Numbered from the stretch's first letter, positions 34,991-47,279 are shown. The stretch is 64,000 nucleotides of DNA from Paraspadella gotoi (GCA_051294375.1 CM119266.1:27229596-27293595), one strand, 5' to 3'. Notes: generated by a model from the letters alone, not told the origin. A program made the numbers and translations.

Positions 34991-37635
34991 ATTCTGAGAA
35001 AAAATAAGTCCTGACGCTTTCCATTGGATTAAAAGGATGCGGTTTTTTTTTATTAATCAACGTCAGTATGTATATTATCTTTTAAAACTAATAAATGAGT
35101 TGAAAATATTATCTTTATTAAAAATAAATGCAAGTCACAAAAAGTCACAAATTAATTGCCGTCTTTAAAATTTTTTTTTTTTTTTTTATTATTTTATAGG
35201 TTTTAAAAGCTTATTCAAATTCAATAGGCTATATTTTCTGTTAATTTAAACCAATTTGAACAATTTTTGTTTAACAAATTATGATAAAAACTGAAAATGA
35301 AACTTTTTGACTTGTTAACTTTAAAATTAATTCATAGGCAAACTACAAATAAATTTACCCAGAGGTAAATAAGATAAGGAAGAACGGATTTCTAAAGTAA
35401 AAAATTGTTCTCAACTTTCCTTGGCATTCAAATCAGAGGACGAAAGTGAAAATGGACAAAAATGAACATAATTTTTTTTCTTAAATATTGCAAAAAATGT
35501 ACTTTTTTATTATTCAGATGGAGATGATTTTAACAAATCCCTAGTTCGACCCAATTTGTATTGTGGTACAAATTAAATTAATATTGTAAGTAACGACTGA
35601 ACAATATAGGAAAGAGTTGTTTTTTTGCTAAATGCGACGTTTGTAAGCGGAACCGTCAGTCAATTAACCCTTTCCAATGGGCTATTCCGTGAGTCAAGCT
35701 TTTTGTTTGCAAAAATGAAAAATGAAAAATGACGATTTTTTTTCACAGACTGTTTATATCAAGCTGAAAACATTTTTGGATTTATCATTTTTCATATTTA
35801 AAAAGACATTTTATTAAGCTACTATATAAATTTTTGCTTGTTTTTTACTTTAACTAAAAAATACAAGCAAATTTGTGGAGTAGAGAAAATTTAATGGTAA
35901 TAAAAATGTAATTCAGTTTTTCCTTTTTTAAATTACAAAAGAAAAAAAAATTTTATGCCTTCATTGAAATTTTTAATGCAAAAAACTTTTATACTTTTAA
36001 CTATTTAACTTGAAACTATTTTAGAAAATGTCCCTTGATTAGGGCTTTAATTTGATACCACGCCCACCTTGCTATCTCTTTACTTTTTTTTTTATTCAAG
36101 AAAATAACTTTTTTTACCATTAAGAGGAAAGGTCATTCAGCTTAATAATGCGTTATCTTTGATGTATTAGAGCAAATACATAGAGAAATACATCGTAATC
36201 ACCAGTAATCACCAAAAAAAGTTTTTATTTATATGTAAACATTCTGTTTTAAATATTTTTTTTAAATCGGTAAATAACAAAATTGTTAAATTAAATCGGT
36301 AAGCATATTTTTTAAAGATTTGTTTTTCAATCTGGTTATTAAAAAATTTTAGGTAAGAAGTTAAAACATGGTAAAGGCAAATTTAGAATGTGAGAGTTAA
36401 ACAATTAATCTTGTTACTCTGTTGGTTTTCCAGTCTTGAACAAAATCTTTAGTTAAATAGATGGTAAAAAAATTCGATCTACACTGAATTTAAAGAGTTG
36501 CAGCCTAAACAATTGCAATAATATTGATTTAAAAATTTGATTAGCAATCTTAAAAAGATTTGTGAAAATGTAATAGAGAGACATTTTGATAAACGTGTTC
36601 CAGTTAGAAAGAATTCAGGGTTAAAGTTAAAAAACGTTTTATTTTCAAGGATACAAGTTGAAATTTAAAAATGTCTTTCTATTACATTTTTCTAATTCAC
36701 TAATAAAAAATTCATAAAAAATATCAGATGGATTGGCCTTTTCGTTTGACCTGCAACTCTTCAGATAGGTTTCTTTTCTTTTATATTATAATTAAAACCG
36801 ATATAAAATGGCGTTGAATGCATCAAATGCTTAAAGTGAATACATTTTCGGAATCGCCAGGAGCTCAGGTTTTTGAATCTGTACTTCATTTTTGCCTATT
36901 TTCAAGTTGATTTGAATGACCCTTTTTCTTAAAGAACTTAAGGAACTACGCAGTACAAATCTTTGTTAAATAAAAATTTTGGCAAAGCGGGAGTATCTCA
37001 CTTAATCCTATTGGTACAATACTTAAATTTTAATATAAAACTTGAGAGAAAAATTTTTCGTCATCTAGAGACATATCACTTTCTGTTGTACCCATCGTAT
37101 AACTCATTTATGGTAAATGCTTGAAGAAATCAACTAAACGTTTACTCTTTTTTTTAAATAGTTACAAGCGCGTCAGAAATCTTAAGAGAAACTCGAAAAT
37201 TTTATTCTGACAAATTTTGCCTTTCAATGCTTTCGTTTATGACCAATTTTCCATATCTCGGAAACTATTGTAGGAATCTTAAAACGTTTTTTTTTTTCCA
37301 AGTGAATATTGATATTGGGACTAGGACTGGGACTGGGACTGGCATAAAAATATATAATAAAATAAATTAAAATTAGCTCTCCTATGAGGTATCTATGTTT
37401 ACACATTGTTGCAATTTATATGGATGTCATTTTTTAGATGTGTTTCGACGGAATTAAAAGATTCTCAATTCCCATTAATGACTGACGTCAGGTGTTACGC
37501 CTGACCAGTGACCAGTGACCAGTAGAGTGAAGTGAAAGTTACATAAGAAAGTTTTAAATGTCAATTATGAACAACATACCATCAGTGAACATTAATTTGT
37601 AAAAAATATTAATTTTATATCTTCAATTTGCACAG

Positions 37636-38013
37636 AAGGCTATAATTATATATAGTACTATCCTTATAAAATCGAAAAATTTAAATATAGGCTTTTCTTA
37701 ATTTTGATTACAGATTTGAATTCCTCGTCAAAAGTTGATAAAATATAAATCATTTTTAAAAATTCTTTCATTAAGTGGGTTAAAAATTAAAAAACTATAT
37801 TTAATATATAACATTTTAATTTTCAGCTTAAAATATAGGTTTTTTTATATATTTTATTAACTTAATGAAAGAATTTTTAAAAAAGAGTAATATTTCTTTA
37901 TATCAACTTTTCATGACAAATCCAAATCTGCAAAAAAATCTTACAAAAAACTATTTTGAAATTTTAAAATTAATTGGATTAGTACTACTAATAGTAGTAG
38001 TATAAATATAGCC
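37636..38013. mobile_element. Imperfect palindromic MITE-like element
   Basis: Inverted blocks (CAGATTTG..AAAAGTTGATA..TTTTTAAAAATTCTTTCATTAAGT / ACTTAATGAAAGAATTTTTAAAAA..TATCAACTTTT..CAAATCTG). Shares TAGTA(C/A)TATCCTTATAAAATC with 43095. Confidence 0.55.
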
Positions 38014-38321
38014 TACTGCGTAAATTATAAAATTTATTATAAATTTTTTTATACATAAATGGGCACTTTTTTCCATCGATACCCCCTTGCTGCGGCTCCT
38101 GAAGCAGCTGACTAAAACACACGCACAAAACTAGTCTCTTTTGCTACTTCCATCGTCGCTTTATGAGTAACTCCCTTCGTCGTCGCTCTCACAGTCGCAA
38201 CTGCTTCCTCCATCGTTCAAATTATCGTTGTGGTTTCTGTCGATCTCGATCCTGACCGATGTGTCAACAAGCAAGACATAATTTCTTTTTGTAAAAGTAG
38301 TTAAGTGAAAGACAACCCTAT

Positions 38322-38420
38322 TCCCTAACCTTAATCACTAACCTTAATCCCTAACCCTAATCCCTAACCCTAACCCTAATCTATCCCCTAATCTAACCTT
38401 ATCCCTAACTGAAACCCTAA
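38322..38420. repeat. Degenerate interstitial (CCCTAA)n telomere-like tract
   Basis: CCCTAACCTTAATCACTAACCTTAATCCCTAACCCTAATCCCTAACCCTAACCCTAATC. Confidence 0.7.
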
Positions 38421-39094
38421 ACAATTAATACATGGTTAAAATTATTGTTGTTTTTGTCAATCCCGATCTTGACTGAGTCATCCAGCCAGAGAGAGAGAGA
38501 GAGCAAGAGAGATTCGCTGCTCCGTCATACGGCAAGGGGGCAACGAAGAGCATTTCGCCCATAAATGTTCATTTATATAATGTTGTTCGTCCCTCACTTT
38601 TAGAATTTTAATTAAAGTTAAATTGATAATTTTTACTACGCTTTAGTGACCAGTGACCACTGACCAGACAGACTGAGCCGAAAAGAGTAACCGCGCGCCG
38701 GCCCACGACGTCTCAGACGCCGCTTCTAAAATACAACGCCAATCTTAAATCGAGACGACGCCGTTTCTCCGCCGCCGATGAACGCCGGGACGACGTGATC
38801 TCATTCGGGAGTCCAGAGAAGAGAGGAAGAAAGGAAAGAAAAGGGAGGAAAGGAAAAGAAAAACAACACGAAAAGGGGAAAAAAGTGAAGACAAAATGGA
38901 AAAGAGTAAAAAAAAGGGAAACAAACTCGTCGATAAAAGACTAAATGTCGCCGAGGGATCGATCGTAAGGACGACGACGACGACGACGACGAGGAAAACT
39001 TTTGAGGGTCATGACAATGAAACCGAGGAGACGATGGGGAAGAAGATGACGAGGATAATGATAATGACAAGAACCATCAGTTCCAGGATGTGAT

Positions 39095-39155
<61 letters not shown>

Positions 39156-39603
39156 TTCCGATAAATCTTTTCTCATAAACCCGAGTTGACGTTGGAAAGA
39201 AAATAAATGTAATAAAATGTTATAACGACGGCATCGATCATAATGTTACAGTCGATAAAGGAGAGAGACTGAGAGTGTGACTCGAATGAAATCTCAAAAA
39301 AAGAAAAAAAATCGCTATTTTCTTTTTTTTTTCTTCTTCTTCTTTTTTTGTTTTGAAGGGCTGAGATGAAGACGACGACGACGACGACGACGCAACTGTT
39401 CGAGTGTCATACTTATTTCGTGCGAGACACCGTTCTGAATAATAAACAGATCAAAATGGGAAAATTAACGGATTCGCTTAAAATGAAATAAAAACAAAAA
39501 TTTAGTTTTTATCGATTTTGTCCGAGTCTCGTTTTGGTTAATTTTCTACTTTCCCAGTTCTTAACTATCCAGTATCCATGACTCCATCCCACGTTTTTCT
39601 TAC

Positions 39604-39684
<81 letters not shown>

Positions 39685-39757
39685 AGTCCTGAATTTCTAT
39701 GAGAAACATTATTCTTGTAAATTTACTTACCGTAAATCCGTAAATTCTTCTCTCTCT

Positions 39758-39814
<57 letters not shown>

Positions 39815-40391
39815 CTCTTGTCATTTATCGATCTTTTTTGTGGCACCGAAACGCATTTTTCTCTTCCTATCTTTTTTTCCCTTCTCCCTTCCTTTCACTT
39901 CCTCTTTCACCCTCTCTCTTTCCTCTCTCCTCTTTCTCCTTCTCCCATCATTTCTATCCTCTGATTCTTTTTAAACCAATCGATGCACAAAGTAACATTT
40001 ATATTCAACAATATTTCTATTTAAATATTCCCTCTTAGTCTCATCTTTCTCCTACTCCTCCTCCACCCCCCTCCCTCCCTCCCTCCGCCAACACTTTCCA
40101 CCCCGAGTTTTTGAGGAGAACTCCGTCTCAATTATTGGGTCATAGTTTGGGTCACATCTCGGGTCAACGCTCGTCGGCCCGCGATCGGTTTTTGGGGCAA
40201 ATCTATTTACACGTCTCAGTCATCGTCGTCATCGTCGTCGTCGTCGTCTTTCTTTCTGTTTCTCTTTTCTTAAGTCTTTCATCCGATACTCGTCGTCGTT
40301 GTCGTTGTTGTCGTCGTCGTCGTCGTCCTCGTTGATATGCAATTTTATACATATACTGTTATATATATATAGCAGGGACCTGCTATGTCAT

Positions 40392-40454
40392 TATCTTGTA
40401 AGAGTGATGGAGGCCTTAAACCACCAAAGCCTGTCCAAAGTCAGGGGCAAGATA
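40392..40454 (+). ncRNA. Twister ribozyme type P5 (family D), in element 40372-40512 flanked by (TA)n; predicted cleavage 40417/40418
   Basis: Identical to 16866-16928. Confidence 0.8.
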
Positions 40455-40972
40455 GCTTATTTATTAAATGAATGGATAATTTTTATATTGGTTGTACCAA
40501 TTTCATATATATATCTCACATGAAACTTATGGTTTCTGCTTTTCTTTCGATTTTTTTTACCACTTGGTGGCAGTTATTGTTTTGTAATTTGTTTACCTTT
40601 CGCTGTTTTTAATTTTTATTTTTAAAATTTAGTTTTCTAAGCGTGTCATATTTTGAACTATTCGTCTTCGTCATCGTAGTAACTTTCTCGATCATGACGC
40701 CTAATGGCCGACGACATGGTTGCCGTCGTCGTCGTCGTCGTCATATATTCGTCCTCTTCATCTTCATCTTCGTTGTCGTCGTCGTCATGATCGTCGTCAT
40801 ATTCGCCAGTCTTCGATATGATCAAAGTTCGTGATCCATCAGCCTCTCCATTTCTCTTTCCATTTCGCGGCGCCGATCTTCTCTTCAGTTTTTCTCCTCG
40901 CATACAAAATTAATTATGTACAATATTAAACATTGTGAAGAGACATTAATTATTGTTATGTGTTCAATATAA

Positions 40973-41046
40973 GCAGTCCCTGAGCTTCGGATCAGGCTGT
41001 AACACCGTGTTACAGGCGGGTTAAGCGCCCCGTCCCTCTTAACTGC
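40973..41046 (-). ncRNA. Twister ribozyme type P5 (family B, cleanest copy); predicted cleavage 41023/41022
   Basis: GCAGTT-AAGA-GG-GA-CGG-GGCGCT-T^AA-CC-C-GC-C-TGTAAC-ACGGT-GTTACA-G-CCTGA-TCCGAAGC-TCAGG-GACTGC. All stems pair, as do both pseudoknots (CGG/CCG, GC/GC). Confidence 0.85.
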
Positions 41047-42471
41047 TAGGCGGCCCACTATGATCGAAGTGAACGTTAGAATCGGAAAAATTATACAATG
41101 GCATATTCAGATAGCTTAACCAGAGTAATTCTTAAAAACTTTAGAGGTTCTTCTCATAAAATATTAATATTTCCAAAAAGGACAAAAATGTAACATTTTA
41201 TTTTTTTACGATTCCTAAAGATGACCCGAACGCTACAATATTTTTTTTTAGCTTGTTTTAATTTTTTTCCCTCTCAAATACGGTAAAACAAAAGTTTAAA
41301 GAGCAATTTGATCCAATCAGTTAAGCGAGGAAGTTAATAGTGCTAACGTGTTTTTAGCTACTAATTTTTGAAAAGGATAGAGGAATCAAAATAGAGATTG
41401 AGTAAAATTATTAATTAAAGTTTACAAGATGTTTTTTTTTTGGCATTTTTGTTCTTTTAAAGAAAATGTTTGTTAGGTTCAATCCATTTATTAAATTTAA
41501 GACATCAAAAAGTTTAACTAGATTTAATGTAAAAATAACGATTTTTTTCACAGACTGCTTAATAAATCCAAAAATGTTTTCAGCTTGATATTAAACAACT
41601 GAAAACATTTTTGGATTTATCATTTTTCATATTTATAGAAGATTCTTACAGAGAATTTCGCCTCACTGTGATCGTCAAATAAGAATTTCCCAAAAGTCTA
41701 AACGTTTATTCTCGGTAACTGACGTGGCAAATATGAGACAAATGTAATAAATATTTTATCTTAAATGATTTTGAAATTTCAAATGTCAAATTTCTAATCA
41801 ATATTTTTACACAATCAATTCTTTGAAGTCCAATATTCATGATTACTTATATTTTTTTCCTCTCTCTCTGTCTCTCTCTGTCTCTGTTCCTTTATTATAC
41901 CAAATTTACAATTATTTTATTTAAAAAAAAATTACTTACGTCTTTGTCATGAAGACAATTTAGTTATCTTAACCACTTCAAAATAATTTACTTAGTAAAT
42001 AGTATCGAAGTGTTAGAAAAAAAATATATGAAAATCATTTTGACATTTACTCATTTTGCGGATCGTTGCGGATGAAATCCGGAACACATCAAGTGCGTTA
42101 TAATATTAATCATTATATTTAATAAGAATGGTAGTGATTCCCCATGATTCCCTAAATATTCTAAGCTAGTTTTCAAAAACTCAGATACAGTAAAACCTTT
42201 TTAGAACAAATTTGTATTTTATCCATACTAGGTATCCAGTTGTTTATCAAGATTTTAAAAAAAAGTAAATTCATCATAAAGTTCCTGGAATATAGCTCGA
42301 CAAAGTGAGTCTGAAATAGAGAAAAGCCTTATATCTCCTAAAGAAATGATTTTTGACAACTGATATTGCTTGAGAGGTTTCCGATGATAGTCACTAATTA
42401 ATTAAAAGCATATATATTTTTGTACGATGAACTAACCTTATTCCGATAAAAAAAATTATTTTGATGATAGT

Positions 42472-42890
42472 GCGGCCACCGGGTTAGAACCCCGGACCTT
42501 TGGGTTGGAAGGCGAATGACTTTCCTCCGGCACCAATGGCCGCTGATGAACGGTTGGTGGATTTTAGTCCACCATACATCCCCCCTACCGTAGGGAGAAG
42601 TCTGTTGCTTCTCTTCAGTGAATTGTTGTTGTTGGTGGAAAGTGCGTCACCAAGTTGATGCATGTCGCCTGATGTGTTGTTGGCGGAAAGTGCATCGCCA
42701 GGTTGAGGCATGTTGCCTGAAAGTGTTGTTTTTGCTGTTGTGTTTGGAAGTCGACTTGTGTTTGGAAGAGACTATGGCAACAGCCGGGTTGCCTGTGATG
42801 CCCCTTTGGGATGGGGCATCTCACTGTTGGCTTTGGGGGCTTCCGACTCTCAGTGACACCTCCAGTCACTGGCGCGGTTACCCTAGGACG
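42472..42890 (-). mobile_element. Composite element: family-A twister (5'-truncated) + spacer + family-B hairpin and tRNA-like module
   Basis: The minus strand runs continuously from GTCCTAGGGTAACCGCGCCAGTGAC...TCGGAAGCCCCCAAAGCCAAC through a CAA-rich spacer into TGGTGGACTAAAATCCACCA and GCGGCCA...TGGCCGC. Confidence 0.85.
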
Positions 42891-43049
42891 CTTTACAGGG
42901 ATGCTCTAACGATATTTATAATATTTTTTGAAAGGTTTTATTATTTATATTACAGAACTCTTAATTTTTACCTTGTTCCGTAAAGATTGAGCGATGGAAC
43001 AATATTTTTTGCTGCCTTTGTATATGTAATAAAAAATAATTAAGCTATT

Positions 43050-43505
43050 TTTCAAAAAAAATTTGTATAACAGTATCATTAATTGAATTTTCTTTATAGT
43101 AATATCCTTATAAAATCATAAAATTTTTAAATCATATTTTTTTAATTTTAAGAACAGTTTCGGATTCGCCGGAAAAAACTGAAAAACTTTTGTAAGATAT
43201 GTTACATGATATTTTTATGTTAAAGTTGCGAAAAATGATCAAAATGTTTCATCATATAATAGTTTTTACTACAAAGTGTGAAAAAGTGGAGAATTTGACC
43301 TTTTTTTGCATTTTTGATGCTGAAGACATTAAAATTTTTAATAACATATTGTATATTTTTGATATAACTTTTTATGAAGAATCAGAATCTTTAATAAAAA
43401 TTTAAAAAAAATTATTTTGAAAATTTATGATTTTATAAGGATATTACTATAAATATATTGTAATTAATGATATTGTTCCCCAACAATATAAGCAAAATTT
43501 TTTTT
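43050..43505. mobile_element. MITE-like element with inverted repeats
   Basis: TATAGTAATATCCTTATAAAATCATAAA (~43095) versus TTTATGATTTTATAAGGATATTACTATA (~43424). Confidence 0.6.
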
Positions 43506-43625
43506 GTACTCCTTAATTATACTATGTTTGTTCACTCAAATAAAATTTATGTTCCCCAGTGCTCAACTCTATTACTCATCATAGCCTGACGAAAGTCAGC
43601 TGCAAGTTAGCTCGTTTATTGAATG

Positions 43626-43865
43626 AACGCACTTTCCACCAACAACAACAATTCACTGAAGAGAAGCAACAGACTTCTCCCTACGGTAGGGGGGGATGTA
43701 TGGTGGACTTAAATCCACCAACCGTTCATCAGCGGCCATTGGTGCCGGAGGCAAGTCATTCGCCTCCCAACCCAAAGGTCCGGGTTTCTAACCCGGTGGT
43801 CGCCTAGCAGTTAAGAGGGACAGTGCTCAGGGACTGTTTATATTGAACGGTTCTGTCACTAATAC
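43626..43865 (+). mobile_element. Family-B element with spacer tail, tRNA-like module and internally deleted twister
   Basis: ACGCACTTTCCACCAACAACAACAATTCACTGAAGAGAAGC... matches the spacer of 42472-42890. It continues into the tRNA-like module, GCAGTTAAGAGGGAC|AGTGCTCAGGGACTG (core deleted) and TTGAACGGTTCTGTCA. Confidence 0.85.
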
Positions 43866-43904
<39 letters not shown>

Positions 43905-43906
<2 letters not shown>

Positions 43907-44510
43907 AACAAACATTAGGAATACCAATTGGACTAGATTCTGGTCAAATATTGCCAATATGTTGTTATTTTATTTTGAATCAACATATATGGAAAATATG
44001 TCAAAAAATATCTAGGAATCACTAGACAATTTAAAAATTTCAAGATATATTGATGACCTTTTTTCGGCAGATTTTAAGGATTTTAAAACACATCTTGATA
44101 AAATATCCAGCAGCACTTACTGTCAATAAATCTAATAGTATAGACACAAATGTAGATTATTTAGACATTAACATCAAATCAGAAAACAAAAATCTTACTC
44201 TTTCTGTATATGATAAAAGGGATTCCTTTTCTTTTGAGGTAGTGAACTACCCATTTATGGACAGTTGTATTCCTAGAAAAGCAGCATTAGGTGTATTTAT
44301 TAGCCAATTAATTAGGTATGCCAGAATATGTTCAACATTTATAGATTTTTCATCGAGAGCAATAAATATTAAGCAAAAAATTACAAAGTCAGGGTTATAT
44401 ATTTAAGGACTTAAGAAAAATGGGAATTAAATTTTTTAATAATTATAAGGAAATACTAAAAAATATAATTTTACTGATGTTAATCTATTTTTTTAAAAAG
44501 ACTATACATG
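43905..44510 (+). pseudogene. Decayed Penelope-like element reverse transcriptase, C-terminal part (Naiad/Chlamys-like signature)
   Basis: QTLGIPIG (RT motif B), SRYIDDLF (YIDD at 44046-44057), then after a frameshift DYLDINI...VYDKRDSFSFEVVNYPFMDSCIP...GVFISQLIRYARICS. Frameshifts and stops are present. Confidence 0.85.
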
Positions 44511-46221
44511 ATAGTTCCTAGTAAAAATATTAAATAATAACAAAATTAAACCACTTAAAATAATAATAATAATAATAATAATCATCAACATACTATTTAT
44601 TTAACTTATTTAACTTATTTAACTCTTTGATGTAACTTATTTTTTAAATTATACTAATTAACTTTATGTTAACTTTACATTAACATTCCCTTGATTATTA
44701 AAATATTATTTAACTAATTTTTTAACTTATTTAATTATTTACAAAGTACAAATTATTGCAAAACCTTAATAAATTTCCCTAAAATTAATAATGCTGTGAT
44801 ACCAGGGCTTTGGTCTGTGTAAGATAAACATTAAAAATATATCCTTAAAAAATAGGATAAGCAACAATGAAGGATCACCATTTGGTGATGGCTCGCCTAT
44901 ACCTGGATATTGGGATTAAAGAGCCGAAATCCATGAAGGGTATAGGTTCAAAACTGATGACCTTCCCATTGTATAAACATAATAGATAAAAGATATTCAG
45001 AAATAGAATAATTAAAAATTAGGATAAAGGAAAAAATTATTTTCATTAAAGTATTTTAAAATTATATCATGACATAAAGGTGCCCCTATAGACCTTTCCC
45101 AGTATGTATCCCTATCAGAACATACAATTCTACTTTGTAGTCTTATCCCTATTAGTTTTTTAAAAAAATCATATATAACTTTGGTCCCCCATCAAAAAAT
45201 TATCCATTCCCACCCCTTTCTGTTCAGCCTATTAGATATTATGATTTTTCATTAATGACTTTCTAACAGGAATGATGTGTGATATCTATTAGAAAACTAG
45301 GACAGATTGTAATCTAACCTTGTGTTGTGTAGATGCTCCCTCTATTTCCAGAAGACAACACTGACTTCCCATTCCCAAAATGAGTTATTAGATATAATGA
45401 TAAGTAAAAAATTTTAAGAAAGCAATATATATATATTTAAAGAATATAGATTAAATGGTAAATCTTTCATAAAATATAAAAATAAAAAATAAAAAATAGT
45501 GAAACAAGTAATTTGAAAATTTTCATATCAATAATTACTGTCTCATCAAATGGATAATTTGTAATTTGTACTATTAGTATATATTAGAATAAGTTATTCT
45601 ATAATACTCCGAACAAGGCTGAAATTTTTTTGTTACATGATATAAAACGCTAGCATGAAGAAAAAGTTAGTTTTGTGGTATGACGAGGAAATGATATTTG
45701 TACTAGAATTATGGAGGGAGAATTTTTCAGGTTGAGTCGAGGAATGAAATAATCTGGATCCGATGAGTGAGAAAGAGCAAAAAAAGGTAATATTTACTAA
45801 TTGTCGAAGTCCGGAAAAGAACGACTTTCAGATACATTGAAATAAAATATTGTAAAGTGGTAAAGCGGGGTTTTCAAGAGAAGGGGAATGCAAAGAAAAT
45901 AATCCCAAAAGGTAGGCAATGAGAAAGGAGGTGGATTAAAAGAGAAGAAAAAGGGAGCAGCGCCTCTCGCGGATGTCCTCGTCATTATCATAATGGGAAA
46001 AGAAAACATATGAACACGAGTCCGAGGGAAAAAAGGGAAATCCGTTGAGGGCAGGGAGAAAAGGGAGGAAGAAGAAAATTCCTGAAAAAGATATGATGGG
46101 AGAAAAGAAAATAATGGAGGAAAAAAAAATCGCTCGCTGCGATCGGGGAAAGTGAAAAGGAAATTGCAGAATGAGGAAGAAATGTGTAAGTTATAAGGCC
46201 CATTGGGTTGGGCATCTCACT

Positions 46222-46302
46222 GTTGGCTTTGGGGGCTTCCGACCCTCAGTGACGCATCCAGTCACTGGCGGGGTTACCCTAGGACGGTCTCGCTCTGCCA
46301 AC
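46222..46302 (-). ncRNA. Twister ribozyme type P5 (family A), in element 46198-46425; predicted cleavage 46276/46275
   Basis: GTTGGC-AGA-GCGA-GA-CCG-TCCTAGGG-T^AA-CCCC-GC-C-AGTGAC-TGGATGC-GTCACT-G-AGGG-TCGGAAGC-CCCC-AAA-GCCAAC. Pseudoknots CCG/CGG and GC/GC pair; P2 is partly mismatched in this copy (CCGC in the other two). Confidence 0.75.
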
Positions 46303-47240
46303 GCAAAGGGAAGTCGTTAGGACTGGATGGAACACAACGCCTGGGATGGTGTGTTCCCCCTATGAGTCACTGGTATTGGCCGAAAGATCGTGGACGTGAG
46401 GTCGTGTGAATATACCACCACAAAGTAAATGAAGGTCGGGGCAGTGAGGAAAGGAGAAAATGCATTAATGCAATCGGTGAAATAGTTTTTTTAGGAAAAC
46501 CAAAGGAGAGGACAAAAAGGGAGGAAGATATGATCAAATGTCGTGGGGTTGGACTCGTTGTGAGAAAGTGATTAATTGAGGTGATACCGTTGGACTCACG
46601 ATAAATACTGTTGTGTTTCTTTTTAAAAAAATAATATTTCGAAGATAAAAAAGTGATAAAAAAATGAAGAATAACTTAAGGCTCCGGTAGGACGTTGGAA
46701 GCTGTTCGATAAAGTATTTTTTCAGACATACATTTGTCAAAGATGGAAGTGAATGGATAGAATTATATATATATATATAATATATTTATTATATGATATG
46801 TATAAAATTGTATATTGTATAATATCTAATTAATATATTATTCATCAACCGATTTGACATCTCAGTTGGTCGGAGAGCGTTTGTCTATTTTTAAGTGTCT
46901 GGAAACCCAGGACGCCCTTTTTAATTTTTCTTAACTAATTATTTTTTTATTTAATTTACTACGTATAATTGCGGCCGCTCCGACGCCGCAGCGGCTCAAA
47001 ATGTAACTCGCGAATAACGAGCGAAATAAAGAAAAAACTGAAGAATGAAGAAAGAAGTAAACCGTAGAGAGGAAGAAAAAGGGAAGAAAGAAATAATGAT
47101 TTACGTGGGACGCGCGAGCGCGCGAAAATCTGAATGCGAAATCTCATGAATTATGATTGAATAAAATAACAAAAGGAAGACGAGGCGATGAATTATTCAT
47201 CCGCCCAGATGACAGCAACGACAAAATAAACAGTCCGGGG

Positions 47241-47279
<39 letters not shown>

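Noticed and set aside
38322-38420. True telomere or telomere-associated retroelement junction
   Set aside because: Short, degenerate and internal, with no adjacent RT.
42540-42580. Hammerhead at CTGATGA (also 60950)
   Set aside because: No stem II-GAAA-stem III-UH arrangement follows.
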